Assembly (NCBI RefSeq): GCF_018350175.1 | Contig: NC_058383.1 | Span: forward strand, 17,672,001 to 17,736,000 | Direction of reading: 5' to 3' | DNA: 64,000 nt | Source: Felis catus | Lineage: Eukaryota | Shown: positions 36,716 to 52,500 of the stretch, one piece after another | Layout of the letters: every line of letters begins with the position of its first letter | Numbering within the stretch: the stretch's first letter is position 1 | The notes under the pieces: model-generated | Told to the model about the DNA's origin: nothing | What the model saw: only the letters and a program-made list of their open reading frames with translations | Databases searched by the model: none | Translations under genes and position numbers: made by a program

Positions 36716-39700
36716 TCTTAATTTTTAAAAAGTGAATGAAGCCCATCTTTTTAGACCCTCTTCCCAACACCTTCAGAAGACAGTAAGCCAGGCCAGAGTC
36801 TGAATGGGTTGGACCTCACCTTGTGCTACTAATTCCTTGCTGTATCTCCTTAAGCACGTCATTTCTCTGAGCCACATTTTTCTCACATATAAGGTGGAGA
36901 TGGAGTTGTTGATATAAAATTGCTTTGAAAGCTCTAAAGAACCACCTTAATGCAGGGGTGTATTTTGGACCCATATTTCAGAGTCTGAAACTCATGATCT
37001 TCTGGTCAAATTCAGTTTTCATATTTATATAATGTTCTGAATGTTAGTAATACTTTAGGCAGAAAAATGAAGACTCCTATTTGCCATAGGCCCCACCATT
37101 CCCAATTGTCTTGCACTGAGCAACTTCATGCATTTGTCCTATCTGTCTGGTTCCCGGAGGCAGTTGAATCTGAGACCTCTTGTTCTACACACGAGTGGTA
37201 GTGGGTATGCTCTCCTGACCAGCATTTTCTCTGCCCACTGAGTGTCAGGCCCTGTGCCAGGTTAAATGGGAGAGACAGGAGGGAAGATGACAGTCTCTAC
37301 TCTCAAGAATTTAGTCTCATCGGGGGATGATCTGTGAGCTTGGTAAAAATCAGGGCAGTGTTTCTGATGCCACAAAAGGAGGTGGTCAAAGGTAAGGTCC
37401 AATCCAGTGGGTACATGAGATGTCATTTGAGCCTAGCCTTGAAAAATTTAGGCATACAGGGTGGGCACTTCAGGAAGATGACATAGACGCAACAAGGTTG
37501 AGGGTTGGGGGGATAGTGAATATGTGAGCTTATTCTTTTTTATGAGGGAGCAGACTGAGACAGATAAGTCACCTGGAACTAGGTGGCCAAAGGCCCAGCA
37601 TGCCAGCCTAGGTAGCGGGGGATTAGTTCGGAGGTGACAGGGAGCTACTGAAAGTTGTTGAGGAGGGATTGGCATGATCCAGGCTCCACTAGAGGCTGGA
37701 AATAGAGAAGCCAAAGGAATTACCCAGTTGTAATGGGGACTATTGGCCAGGAGGTGGCAGTGGAGATAGAGGGAGAGACTCTGCAGAGGAAGAATTAGCA
37801 GAACTTGGCAGACAGTTGACTGCTGATGATAACGATCCTTTAAACAGCCATTCTTCTTGCCGTCTGTGAAGCTTTCCCCAGTCTCCTCTACCTCCTACCT
37901 CCCTGAATGCTCCCTCTCAGTCTCCCTCACAGGCCACTTCTCCTGGACCCCTCCATCAATTGTAGGCATTCCTCAAGATTGTCCCCTCAATTGCCTTCTC
38001 TCATCCAACACATCCACAAGGGCAGAGACAGATACCTTGAAGCTAAGGAAGCTTAGCTTCTGGACCCCTTCTTTACAGGTACCCTCCATTGCTAGAAGTA
38101 TCTGGGGGTTATAGAGCAGTGTAGGTAAAGTGGAGAAGCCAGCTTGCAACCAGAAAGCATTTGCATGTAAGCATTTCTGGTAATTTGCCTAAAGAGATCT
38201 CATAAGAAAAAGGCATCTTGTCATGATTTCACCGTGCATTCCAATTATCATCTCTTAAGCCAAGCACTCTCCCTAGCTCAGAACTTGCATTCCCATCTAA
38301 CTCCTGGATTCCTCCTGGTCTCCCAGGCACCTCAGACTCATACATCCATAACTGAACTCATGAGTTGAACCACAAAATCTGCTCTGAGGCGATGGCACCA
38401 GTATCCACCTGGTTACTTAAACTAGAAACGTAGCCATCACCTTCCCTTTCCCTCATGTCCCACATCCAGCCACCAGATGTGTCAGTTACATCTTAATATT
38501 TCTCTATTCTAGTTCTCCCCAGCCCCACACCTGATCCTTAGCCCTTGATGACTTAAAAGCAAGGACAGTACCAAGAACTGGCTTTTTGGGACTGCTGGGA
38601 CTTTCTTTGAAGTAAGCTAATGTGGGGCTTGAACTCATGACCCTGAGAACTGGAATTACATGCTCCACCAACTGAGCCAGCCAGGCACCTTGAGACTGCT
38701 GGACTTTAGTCCCCCTTCCTCACTACCCTTATCTCCACTGCCTCCACACTCCACTCTTTGATAGGGACAATTGCCTTTTTCTCAGTCTTCTGTAAAGTGC
38801 TATGCAAATGAGGCTTCAAGCTGTCAAGTCCTCTAGCCTCCTGCTCTCTACCAGCCAGACGGCTGGCTGATCCTAACCCTCCTAGCAAGTACAAGTTCTA
38901 GAGCTGGGGCCATCTACACCAACTTCCTAATCAGTCTCCTTGCAGCCAGTTTCTCCCCCTCCCCAAAGTCCCAGCTTTTGTGGGGGTTTCCATTCCAGTA
39001 TGGGTGAATCCAGAACCAGCATAAGACAGTATGAGAGAATGTCAGGGCTTATGACATAATAAATCCGGTGCAGAGAGACAGAGATGGGGGGGGGGCAGCA
39101 GGAGATGTGCCATTTTAGACAAGGTGATCTCTGAAGGTCATTGAACAGCACCAGCCAGGGAAACTGTGCTAACTGCTTAGCTGACAGTCACTCTCCAACT
39201 TTGAGTCCTTTCATGGCTCCCATGAAACCCCTTTCTGAGGCCACCAAAACCCCGCATGGTAGTTAGTCCCTGCCAGATCCTCCAGCTTCCTCTCTCCCAG
39301 CCCCTGCACTCCAGCCACACTGGCCATCCTGCTATATAGGCTCTTCTCCACTCTGGGCTTCCTCACACATGGTTCTCTCTTTCCTCTCCACCCAGTCAGA
39401 ACTTACAGAGTAACATCGCTGCCTCCAGAATCTCTTCCTGGCCCCCAAGACTAAGTTGTATCTCCTGAAAAATTCTGTGCTTTGTTGCTTCTCAACACTT
39501 TAACACTAGGAATAATTACTTGAGTTCCCGGAGACTCATGGTAAGAGAGAGGTCACATTTGTCTTGTTAACTTCTGTGTATGAGCCTATACCCATTGTCT
39601 GGGGGAGTGACAGGTACATACTAAATGTCAATAGATAGAGATTGGTTGATATTTGCCTGTGTGTATGATAGCAATAACCCATGTGTTAAATCCACTCAAA

Positions 39701-42009
39701 AACTATAATAGTGACAAACATTGAACACCAGCCTATGTTCTTACATGATTTAACTAGTTTAATTCTCACAATGATCCAATTGGGGCCCCTGGTTGGCTCA
39801 GTCGGTAGAGCATGTGACTCCTGATCTCAGGGACGTGAGTGAAAGCCCCACATTCATTGAATGTGGAGGCTACTTTTAAAAAAAGAAAAGAAAAGAAAAA
39901 AAGAAGGCAGAGCTTGGCCTGCCCTCACCCTCACAATAACCCAATTAAAGTAGATTATCATCCCTGTTTTACAGATGGTACAAAGGATGGTTAAGTCATT
40001 TGTTCCAAGTGACACAGCTGGGAAACAGCAAACAGAGCAGGGGCTTGAACCCAGAGAGAGTGACTCACGGGTATCCCCTTAACTGCTGTGCAGGACAGCC
40101 TGTCAGATCCAGGTCTGAGAAGTGCCAGGCATCATCCTAGGCACCAGGGAGATAATACTGGAAAAACACACCAGGAAAATGCTCTCAGTTCCAGCTTTTA
40201 TCAATCTTACATTCCTGGTGAGGGAAAGCAAAGAACAAATACATCAGGCAAGTCAAAGTATAAAATAATGAGCGGTACTGTGTGTTACGAAAAAAAAAAA
40301 AAAAATAAAGCAGGTTTGGGGCATGGGAGGTGCTGTTTTAGACAAGGTGGTCTGGCAAGGCCCTCTCTGGTGTGGTGACATCTGAGCAGAGAATGCTTTG
40401 GGTGAAAAGCATTCTAAGCAGAGGTAAATAAATACAAAGACTCTGAGGCCAGCCCAGCTTATCCTAACAGGAAACAACCAGGAGGCCCAGGGGGCTGCAG
40501 GGGACGAGGGAACAGTTGGCAGTGAGGTCTGAGTGAAGGGTCAGGCCTGGATTTGGCGGGGGCTTTGAAGGCCAAGCTAAGGAGTTCCCATGGAATTCTG
40601 AGTGTAGCAGGACGGCTTTGAGCAGAGGCCATGTCGAGAATGGACTGTAGGGGTGAGATCTGGAGGCGACTGCTGCAGTTTAGGTGGGAGTAGAACGGGA
40701 ACCTGGGGGTAGGGTTGCCAGATTTAGCAAACAGCTCTTCCGGGGGGACCTCTGAGAGGAGCTTCCGGAAGGCAGCTGTAAAGTGGCTGAGGTCCCAGGA
40801 GGCTAGGAGAGGGTGGGGAGCTGCTAGAACACGTCTCTTCTCTCTGAGAGGACTGGGACCTCTTGAGAACACAGCCAACGCTGTGCAGGGACTTTACATG
40901 TTGAATCTTAAGCAAACACCCCAACTGAAAACATCCCCAACCCTCAAAGAAGGAAACTAAAATTGTGGCACTCAGTTCTAGAAAGGGTGTGGGAAGACAG
41001 GCGATCACATGCTGCTGCAGGGGGAGTGTACATGTACGCATCTTTTTTTTTTTTTTTTTTTGAGTTTTAAAAGATTGTTTCTTAAAAAGAAAAAAATTGT
41101 AAATTTAATATATATCTTTTGCCCCAGAAATTCCATGTTAGAAACTCACTCTAGGGAATGAGTCAGTAAGATGAGCAAATATGCATGTACAAAGATGTTC
41201 ATCACAGCATTATTTAGAAACGGAAAAAAATGGATAGGACATGAGACTTTTCAAATTTTATTTTAACTAGGCTCCACGCCCAACAAGGGGCTTGAACTCA
41301 CCTCACGACCCTGAGATTAAGAGTCGTCGTATGCTGTGTTTGCTGTGTTTACTAACCCAGCCTGGCGCCCCTGGGCATGACATAAAAGTTTAACAACAGA
41401 AAAAACGATCAAAGAAGCAGCAGTTGGGAGGCACGGAAACTCAGGTGGCCAGTAAATATGTCGAAAAGACTGTTACCCTCATGATAAAACAGGGAAATGT
41501 AAAAGTGATCACAATAATTTCTCAGAGCAAAGAGAACTTTGCCTGTATTTGTCAAGTTGCATTTATTCTGACAATTCTGCACTTCAACAATGCATCTTAG
41601 CATCCAGATTATAGTCTCTAAAAGGAATAAGGGCTAGTTGCAGAAAAGGCCGAGTCTGTGACTAACGCTGAAAGGTACAAGGTGAGTCTATAATATCTTC
41701 TGGAGGCAAGAATTTTTCAAAGATTAATGAAGTCTTGTTGGAAAGACACAAGAACCTTCACTAAAAGGACCAACTCTAATGCTATTGAAACCTCAAAAGG
41801 AGACTATTGATCTGAGGTCAATACTGGGCTTGATCCATTGAAGTATTCACAAAAGAGTGAACATCAAGTACTTTATTCTAAAAAAGGTGTTAGAATGGGG
41901 CACTTGGGTGGCTCTGTCGGTTGAGCATCCCACTCTTGATTTCTGTGCGTCGTGATACTGAGTCAAGGGATCGAGCCCAACACACAGCTGACTGTGGAGC
42001 CTCCCTAGG

Positions 42010-42049
<40 letters not shown>

Positions 42050-42981
42050 TCTGCCCCTCCCCTCTCTCTAAAATAAAAAATAAGAATAAATTTTAAAGGT
42101 GTTAGAATAAAGTAAATTCTGTGGTGCCTGGCTGGCTAAGTCAGTGGAGCATGTGGCTCTTGATCTCTTGGTTGTGAGTTCAAGTCCCACATACGGTGTA
42201 GAGATTACTTATAAAAATAAAAACAAATTGTTTAATTTTTAAAAGAATAAAATACATTATATTTTGTTGTCTTGTTAATTTTAAAAAAGGAAGTAAAAAA
42301 TAACAGAATTCATGTTTGTTAATTCTAGGAGAAAAGTACACAGGTGTTCATTGTGCTTTTCTTATTTTTTTTAAACTTAATTTTTGAGCACCTAGGTGGG
42401 TCAGTTGGTTAAGCATCCAATTACAGCTCAGGTCATGATCTCATGCTCCTGAGTTGGAGCCCACCGCCGGCCCTGTGCTGACAGCTCTGGAGCCTAAAGC
42501 CTGCTTCAGATTCTGTGTCTCCCTCTCTCTCTCTCTGCCCCTCCCCCACTCACTGTCTGTCTGTCTGTCTGTCTTTCTCTCAAAAATAAACATTAAAAAC
42601 ATTAACAATTTTGGGGGGCGCCTGGGTGGCTCAGTCGGTAAGCGGCCAACTTCGGCTCAGGTCATGATCTCGCGGTCCGTGAGTTCGAGCCCCGCGACGG
42701 GCCCTGTGCTGACAGCTCAGAGCCTGGAGCCTGTTTAAGATTCTGTGTCTCCCTCTCTCTGACCCTCCCCCGTTCATGCTCTGTCTCTCTCTGTCTCAAA
42801 AATAAATAAACGTTAAAAAAAATTAAAAAAACATTAAAAATGTTTTTAAAAGACAATTGGGGAGGGGGTGCTGGGTGGCTCAGTCAGTTGAGAGTCCATC
42901 TTAGCTCAGGTCATGATCTTGTGGTCTGTAGGCTCCAGCCCTGCATTGGGCACTGTGGTGGCTGTGCAGAGCCTGCTTGGG

Positions 42982-43023
<42 letters not shown>

Positions 43024-43273
43024 TGCCCCTCCCCCATTGCACTCTCTCGCACTCTTTCTCTCAAAGTAAATAAACTTTAAAAATATTGTAGTTTTTTGTT
43101 TGTTTTGAGAGAGAGAGAGCTCACGAGCAGTGGGGGTAGGCAGAGAGAGAGAAAGGGAGAGACAGAATCCTAAGCAGGCTCCACGCTCAGCACGGAACCT
43201 GTTGCAGGGCTCGATCCCTCCACCCTGAGCAGTGCACCACCCAGGTGCCCCTAAACTTAAAAACAATTTCTAA

Positions 43274-43997
<724 letters not shown>

Positions 43998-44021
43998 CAT
44001 TTTAAATGTTTACTTATTTAT

Positions 44022-44061
<40 letters not shown>

Positions 44062-44429
44062 CGCGCAAGCAGGGAAGGAGCGGGGCGGTGGAGAGAATCC
44101 CAAGCAGGTTTCCTGCTGTCAGCACAGAGCTCCACACAGGGCTCTATCCCATGAACTGTGAGATCATGACCTGAGTGGAAATCAAGAGTCAACCACTCAA
44201 CAGACCAAGCCACCCAGGAGCCCCAAAAGCAATTTTAAAATGTTTCTAGAGGCACCTGGGTGGCACAGTCGTTTAAGCATTCGACTCTTGATTTTGGCTC
44301 GTGATCTCATGGTTGTGAGATTGAACCCTGAGTCAGGTGCCTCAATGAGCATGGAGTCTGCTTAAGATTCCCTCCCTCTCTCTCTCTGTCTCTCCCTCTG
44401 CCCCTCTCCCTCCCTCGAGCTCTCTCAAA

Positions 44430-44464
<35 letters not shown>

Positions 44465-45726
44465 ATTTTCTGGTGAAGAGGTAACATAAATGTTTGCTTT
44501 ATAATTATTACCCTTTTTAAAAAATACATGTATTTTATACATTCTTCTAATGTGTGTTACACTTTACAATTAAAAAGTTTACAAAACGTCAAAAGCAAGG
44601 GATCGAATGATTAAATTATGGGATGGTTGTTATGATGGCATAATGTGTAGTCATTACAATGATGTACTGACATGGAACATATTGAAAACAGCAGGGCACA
44701 GAGTTGTGTGGGTTTTTTTTTTTAATGTTTATTTTTGAGAGAGAGAAAGAGAGACAGAGACAGAGCATAAGGGGTGAGGGGCAGAGAGAAGGAGACACAG
44801 AATCTGAAGCAGGCTCCAGGCTCTGAGCTGTCAGGACAGAGCCCGACACAGGGCTCGAACTCACAAACTGTGAGGTCATGACCTGAGCCGAAGTCAGACA
44901 CCTAACCCACTGAGCCACCCAGGAGCCTCCTGAGTAGTATATTTTGTAGGATTCCAGTTTATAAATTGAGAGGATGAATATGTTTCTATAGGCAAAGAAG
45001 AAAAGAAGAAAGCATGTGCACTAGTATATTGACTGGGGGTATCTCTGAGTAGTAGGATTTAGAGATAATTTCAGATTTTTGTATGCTTGTCTGAAGTTTT
45101 AAAACAATTGTGATCACATACATGCATCATTATTATGAAAGCAATGCACTATAAATATCCCAAGCCACCTCATTGCAATCTCCCCCACACTTAAATACTC
45201 TGAACAGAGTTTAATGGCTATCCTCATAGACTGGTTTTTCAGACCTTCTCTCTCACACACACACACACGTTCTGTTTTCTTCCTTTTTTTAAACAAAAAT
45301 GAGATAATACTGTACATACTATCCTACAACTTGCATTTCTTATTTAGCAACACAGTTATAGAGATATTTTCTTTGTGAATCACACTTGTCTAATCAGAAA
45401 AATGTACAATTATTTCTGGTTTTGGAAATAAATGATATTGTAGAGATAAACTGTTGGCATGGTAAAATGTAAAAAAAAAAACTAACAACATAGATGATTC
45501 CATTTTTTTAAATGTTTTATTTATTTTTAAGAGAGAGAGTTCGAGTGGGGGAGGGGCAGAGAGAGAGAGAGAGACAGACAGAGGATCAGAAGTAGGCTCT
45601 GCACTGACAGCAGCGAGCCTGATGCGGGCCTCAAACTTACAAACCATGAGATAATGACCTGAGCTAAAGTCGATGCTCAACTGAATGAATCACCCAGGTA
45701 CCCCCTAGATGATTCATTTTGAAAAA

Positions 45727-45810
45727 ATATATATATACATATATATACAAAAAATATATATATACATATATATATGCATATATATATGTATATATATATA
45801 TGTATATATA
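45727..45810 (+). repeat. Imperfect (AT)n microsatellite
   Basis: ATATATATAC.../ATATATGT... runs. Confidence 0.85.
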
Positions 45811-45978
45811 AATAAACACACAGCAGACAAAATTTTTAAAAGATTATACCCCAAACTGTTAAATGTGACATCTTGTTGAGGATAAGAAGGCAAAAACTCA
45901 TCTTTTCTTCCTCATATGCTTCTGTATTTTCTTTAAATTTGTTTTTCCTTAACAAAAAAATTGCTTCTCTTTATTTAC

Positions 45979-45979
<1 letters not shown>

Positions 45980-46009
<30 letters not shown>

Positions 46010-46050
46010 CTTCTTCTTCTTCTTCTTCTTCTTTTCTTCTTCTTCTTCTT
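45980..46050 (+). repeat. (TTC)n microsatellite at a SINE tail
   Basis: About 17 uninterrupted TTC units plus a short interrupted run. Confidence 0.9.
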
Positions 46051-47060
46051 TAAAGATTTTAAGTAATCTCTACACCCAACATGGGGCTTGAACTCACAGC
46101 CCCAAGACCAAGATCAAGTCACATGCTCCACTGACTGAGCCAGCCAGGTGTACCACATTGCTTCTTTATAATTTATGAACTAGCCCCAGCTTTACTGAGA
46201 TATAATTGACATATAATATTTTGTTTTGAACTTCTAAATTAGATTTTTTCAGTTTATTTGTTTAGAGAGAGAGAGAGAATGGGAGCATGCACGCATGAGC
46301 AGGGGAGGGGCAGAGAGAGGGAGAGAGATAGAATCCGGAGCAGGCTCCACACTGTCAGGACAGAGTCCGACCTGGGGCTGGAACTCACAAACTGTGAGAT
46401 CATGACCTGAGCCAAAACAAAGAGTTGGACGCTTAACCAACTGAGCCACCCAGGCGCCCCTAAATTTTTTTTATTATAACAGTAATAAGTGTATGCTCTT
46501 CATAAAAAATAAAATCCAGTATTAAATATAAAACAGAAAGTATGTCCTTCCCTTCACCTTTTCAATTCCACTCCCCAGAAGGCACCGGTGTTAACAGTTG
46601 TTTGCATTTGCTTAGCAATTTTCCATGAGTATCTGTGTCTTTGTACCTGCAAATGATGTCATACTATATATATCGTTCTACATTTTGCCTTTTTACACTC
46701 AATAGGTGTAATGTCTCTCCAGGTTGATGCATACAGACTTATCTCTTACTTTTAAATAGGTGCTGAATATAGGTGGATATACCATGTGTGTAGCTAACTT
46801 TGTACTGCGCTATGATGAACAACCTTGTACACTTGATCTTGAGCTGTACAAGTGAATCTGTAAATTCTTTTTTTTTTTAAAGTAATCTCTATGCCCACCA
46901 TAGCGCTTGAACTCATGACCCTGAGATTGAGAGTCTCGTGCTCTACTGACTGAGCCAGTCAAGCGCCCCTATAAAGAAAATTCTTAAAGGGGAAGAGACT
47001 TGCTAGATCAGAATATGTGCATCTAAGATTTCCATAGACACTACTAAATACTGTCCTCCA

Positions 47061-47270
47061 GGGGCGCCTGGGTGGCGCAGTCGGTTAAGCGTCCGACTTC
47101 AGCCAGGTCACGATCTCGCGGTCCGTGAGTTCGAGCCCGGCGTCGGGCTCTGGGCTGATGGCTCGGAGCCTGGAGCCTGTTTCCGATTCTGTGTCTCCCT
47201 CTCTCTCTGCCCCTCCCCCGTTCATGCTCTGTCTCTCTCTGTCCCAAAAATAAATAAACGTTGAAAAAAA
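47061..47270 (+). mobile_element. Young feline Can-SINE
   Basis: CpG-rich, near-identical to the 1791-2026 copy; TSD AAATA(C/T)TGTCCTCCA (47046-47060 / 47268-47282). Confidence 0.9.
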
Positions 47271-49563
47271 TATTGTCCTCCAAAGTAGCTGCACTTTTCT
47301 GCCACCAGCAGGGTATGAAGGGTGCCTGCTTGCCCCTCCCTCATCAATACCACTAATTAGCAAGCTCTTCAAACAAACATCTGCTGGAAAACATCAGCTG
47401 TGCTGAATTAAAAAACTTGTTTTTATTTTAATTTTTAAATATTTTTAAATGTTTATTCACTTTTTGAGAGACAGAGTGTGAGCAGGGCATGAGCAGAGAG
47501 AGAGGGAGACACAGAATCTGAAGCAGACTCCAGGTTCTGAGCTGTCAGCACAGAGCCTGATGCGGGGCTTGAACTCATGAACCGTGAGATCATGACCTGA
47601 GCTGAAGTGGGACGCTTAACCAACTGAGCCACCCAGGCACCCCTGTATTTATCCATTCTTCTGTTGAAGGGCAGTTGAGTTCTTTCTTTTGCTGGTAGTG
47701 TGTTATTATTTTTTTTTGCCATGTATTCACTGCTGTTATGATTATTCATATGTATGTCTCATGGAGCACAGGTGCAACACTTGCCCCTGGATATTTGCCC
47801 AAGAGTGGAATTGCTGGGTTTTAAGTATGTAAGTATTCAATTTGACAAGAAAATGATAAACTGCCTTTCCAAAATGGCTGAATGGATATACATTCCCACC
47901 CCCTATGTACAGAAGACGTATTTCTCTTCTCCAACGCCTGGTGTTATTTGACTTCTTAATTTGTGCCACAGGCTGGATATAAACCAGTAAAGCAGCTTGT
48001 TGTGCCTTGTACTTCCTTGATTACTAGTGATGCTGAGCATGGATCTCTTCATGCGATTTTCAACCATGTTTCCTCTTCTCTCACGTGCATATTCAAGTTT
48101 TTTACCCATTGTTTTTCACGGGCTTAATGCTCTTTATTGATTTGCAGAAGGTGTTCAGAGTATCTCGATATGTATCCTTGAGTGATTACATGTGTTTGCA
48201 CATATCTTCTTCAAATCTGTAGCTTATAATTTAATTCTTTTAATTTTAATATATTTTTATTTATTAATATTTTCTTTTATGATTACTCTTCTGTGTTTTA
48301 ATTAAGAGATTCTTTGTTACCCCAAGTCTGGAAAGAAATTCCCTTTAGAAATTCCACTTATCAAATAATCCCTCCTTTTTAAAAAATTTTTTTAATGTTT
48401 ATTTTTGAGACAGAGAGAGACAGAGCACGAACAGGGGAGGGGCAGAGAGAGAGAGGGAAACACAGAATCGGAAGCAGGTTCCAGGCTCCAGGCTCCGAGC
48501 TGTCAGCACAGAGGCTGATGCGGGGCTGGAACTCACAGACCGTGAGATCATGACCTGAGCCGAAGTCAGACACTCAACTGACTGAGCCACCCAGGCGCCC
48601 CAAATAGTCCCTTCTTTGATGTGCTATGCCACCATCACTTGTCAGAGCTTCTTACATTCATTAGTCGATTTTGGTAAATTCCTATTGCTACCAACACCAA
48701 CTTGTCTTGTCTTCATTACTATAGCTTTTTAACAATCCTGGGAGAACAAGCCTTCTCAATTCTTCTTTAGAAACATCTTCCTGTTCTTAGCCCTTTACTC
48801 CTCTCTCTCCCTCTCTCGTATTTGTTTGTTTGTTTATTTATTTATTTAAAGTAATCCCATACCCAGCATGGGACTTGAACTCATGACCTACAGATAAAGA
48901 GTCGCATGCTCTTCTGAGCCAGCCAGGCACCCCACTGCCTATATATTTTTTAACTGACTTGTTGAGTTTCATAAAAAAATCCTGTTTTAAGTTTAGTAGC
49001 ATTGTATTGACTCTTACAAATCAATTTGGAGAAAATGGTATCTTTACAATCCTGAGTTTTCTTCTCCATGAACACAAGATATCTCCACTTCCTTAATAAT
49101 AAATCTTGAAGATTAGTCCAGATCTTCATGTTAGGATCTACCATATATTTAAAACTATTTGTTTGTTTGTTTGTTTGTTTATTAGAGAGAGAGAGTACAT
49201 GAGCAGGAGAAAGGGATGGGGGGAGTGGCGAGGCAGAGAGAGAATCCCAAGCAGGCTCCAAGCTCAGTATGGAGCCTGATGCAGGGCTCAATCCCACAAC
49301 TTTGGGATCACAACCTGAGCTGAAATCAAGAGCTGGACGCTCAAGCGACCGAACCATCCAGGTGCCCCAGATCTATGTTATATTTTTTTAAAGCCAGGGG
49401 TGCCTGGGTGGCTCAGTCGGTTGAGGGTCTGACTTGATTTTGGCTCAGGTTGTGATCCCAGTGTCGTGGGATGGAGCCCTGTGTCAGGCTCCCCATTGAG
49501 CATGAAGCCTGCTTGAGATTCTCTCTCTCTCGACCTCTGCCCCTGTCTCCTGTTCATGGTCTG

Positions 49564-49599
<36 letters not shown>

Positions 49600-52500
49600 T
49601 GTCTCTCTGTGTCTCTCACATAAAATTTTAAAAATTAAAAAAAATTTTAAAGCCATATTGGTCCTTTCATTCTGTGAATGTCAAATGATGTGTTTAATCA
49701 ATCTCCCATTTTGGACAGTGGAATTGTTTTCATTCTCTAGGTTCTAGAAACAATACTTTAGTGGATACACTTGTAGTGAATATCTTCACGTATATGAAAA
49801 ACAGTATTTGGTTTGTTGTGGGGTTGTTTTAGTATCTCTCTGTGGCTTACCTAACCAGCCTGGCCTGCGCCCCCGCACTATGGCTTGTAGGTGTCCTCAT
49901 TCCTTGTTCCTCCCCATGTTCCTCCCCCATGTCTTCCCCAGGAGACTGACAGTGGCTCTGTGACCTCCAGGTGTTGAGGTCAGCATCCTCCAGGGACTCT
50001 ACAGTCGCTTCTCCTGAAATTAACGGTGGGATGGGGAGGTTTGGGGTAAAATAAACTGATTTCCTTAGACAAGAAAAATTGCTTTGTTTCTAAGAGTTCC
50101 CAGGCTCTTCCTACACAGTTCAAAGCCCCCCACCAGCGAACCTGAGGGGTTAGCGTCATTAGCCTGAGACACTGTGAGGCCCCAGTTCATAGAGCATTTT
50201 AGAGACCTCAACCGGAGACCAACCTGGGGTTGTCTCAGCAGGTCTTGGGAAATGTTTATTGAGGAGTAGAGCAGGGTGTGAGTATATCAACACACATTTG
50301 CGAACTGATTTTTCTCCTTTCAAAGTTTTAAACATTTCCCTCGTCTGTGTCAGCGGGCTCATTGTTTTGTTAATGAAAAGTCAACATTCATTTGCATCAC
50401 TGAGGGCCTCTCCTCCTCATTCACAGTGGGGCTCGGGAGGGCGAGGAACTGGTATTAGGGAAAGAGTCAGAGACCGCAAAGACCTGGTTTCTCATCTGAC
50501 CTCGGCTCCTAACACGGGCGATGCCTCAGTCCATAAATATTATAATCATTCAGAACATTTACAGAATAATTACCCTAATAGCAGCTATTTCCTGGACAGC
50601 TGCCATGCTCCAAGCACTATAGGAGGCCTTTTTCTTTTCCAGCAGCTCTTAATCCCTGAAGCCCTGTGAGGTCTGAAGCCTTGTCCCTCGAGCTCAGAGA
50701 GGTAACTGGCCTAAAGTCTCAAAGCAAATAGCCTGCAAAGCAGGGATTGAAAATCGTATTCTGTACGTCCCTAAACTCTGTCTGTCTTGAATTTTTCACT
50801 AATTTTGTAAGCCCTTTTCATCTTTGTGCCTCGTTGTACTTATGTATAAAATGGACATGATCAGACCAGCCTTGCCTGCCTCTCTATGTAAGTGTGAGAT
50901 TGATTATATTCTTACTACTAAATAGGCAACCCAAGCAGTCAGTGCTGGAGGTAGACCAATATTAGCAGTAATCCTTTTTTTCTTTAAGTTTATTTATTTA
51001 TTTATTTATTTGGACAGCAGGGGAAGGGCAGAGGGGGAGGGAGAGAGAGAATCCAAGCAGACTCTGCACTGTCACCATGGAGCCTGATGTAGGGCTCAGT
51101 CCCATGAACCATGAGATCATGACCTGAGCTGAAACCAAGAGTTGGACGCTTAACCAGCTGAGCCACCCAGGCATTCCTCAACTTAATTTTTAAAAACTTA
51201 GTACATCACAGAGAGCTTTCTCTGTTTCTGCAAATGCAGACACACATCATTCTTTTTAATTTTTTTAATGTTAATTCAAGAGAGAGAGAGAGAGAGTGAG
51301 AGAGAGAGAGACAGACTATGACTGGCAGAGAGAGGGAGACACAGAATCAGATCCGGTGCAGGCTCCAGGCTCTGAGCTGTCAGCACAGAGCCTGTCGCAG
51401 GGCTCGAACCCACGAACTGTAAAGATCATGACCTGAGCCAAAGTTGGACACACAACCAACTGAGCCACCCAGGCGTTCCCCCCACCTTTTAAAAAATTTT
51501 TACACCTCATTCTTTTTAACATCTCCGTGTTTACCCACTGATGGTCATACGAGTTTATTTAATAGATCTCTGTGGATAGACATTTGGGTTGTTCCCAGTC
51601 TTTGTGCTACGGTGAACAGGGTTTCTGGGAATGTTCTTTATTGTTGTTGTTCTTACAGAATTATAATCCATATACCATAAATTCCAACCCTTTCATGTAT
51701 ACAGTTCAAGCATTTTTAGTATGTTCACAAAGTTGTTCAATTATTACCACTAATTCGGGGAACATTCTTGAACACAAATTTTTATGGCTTTGTATGAAGG
51801 TGTCAGCAGGAGGCACTTCTAGAGAGTGGTTGCTGAGCTTTGGGGAGATGATTCCTTCCAATGGGGAAAAAGGTAGGTTATTTGTTATCCACAAGCAAAA
51901 ACCCTGGGCCTAGAAGCTTGGGGTCACCACATTAGCCCTGCCAAATTGAGCACATGGCTATGGCAATGACTGCCCTGTCCCTTAGAGAAAATCAGGTCCA
52001 TCTGAAATTTCACACACTGGATTTGCTTAAAGCAGGCCATCCCCCTACATTTTGCAGTTAGAACAGGCTAATGATGAGAAATGCCCCAGTGACATGTGTA
52101 TTGTAATGTCTCAATTCACAGACCATGCTATTGTATGGTCCTTTAAAAATCTGGGGCGCCTGGGTGGCTCAGTCGGTTAAGCGTCTGACTTCAGCTCAGG
52201 TCACGATCTCGTGGTCCGCGAGTTCGAGCCCCGTGTCGGGCTCTGGGCTGATGGCTCAGAGCCTGGAGCCTGCCTCTGATTCTGTGTCTCCGTCTCTCTC
52301 TGCCCCTCCCCCGTTCATGCTGTGTCTCTCTCTGTCTCAAAAATAAATAAACGTTAAAAAAAATTTTTTTAAATCTAATTATGGGGGGGTGCCTGGGTGG
52401 CTCAGTGGGTTAAGCTTCCGACTCTTGGTTTAGCTCAGGTCATGATGTCACAATTCGTGGGTTTGAGCTCTGCGTAAGGCTCCGTGCTGATAGTATGGAG

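Noticed and set aside
40700..41061. Non-repetitive-looking stretch ending in a T run, as a possible retrocopy
   Set aside because: No TSD, no appropriately placed poly(A) signal and no recognisable parent gene.
47061..47135. tRNA-like A/B-box sequences at SINE heads
   Set aside because: tRNA-derived SINE heads followed by SINE body and tail; not tRNA genes.
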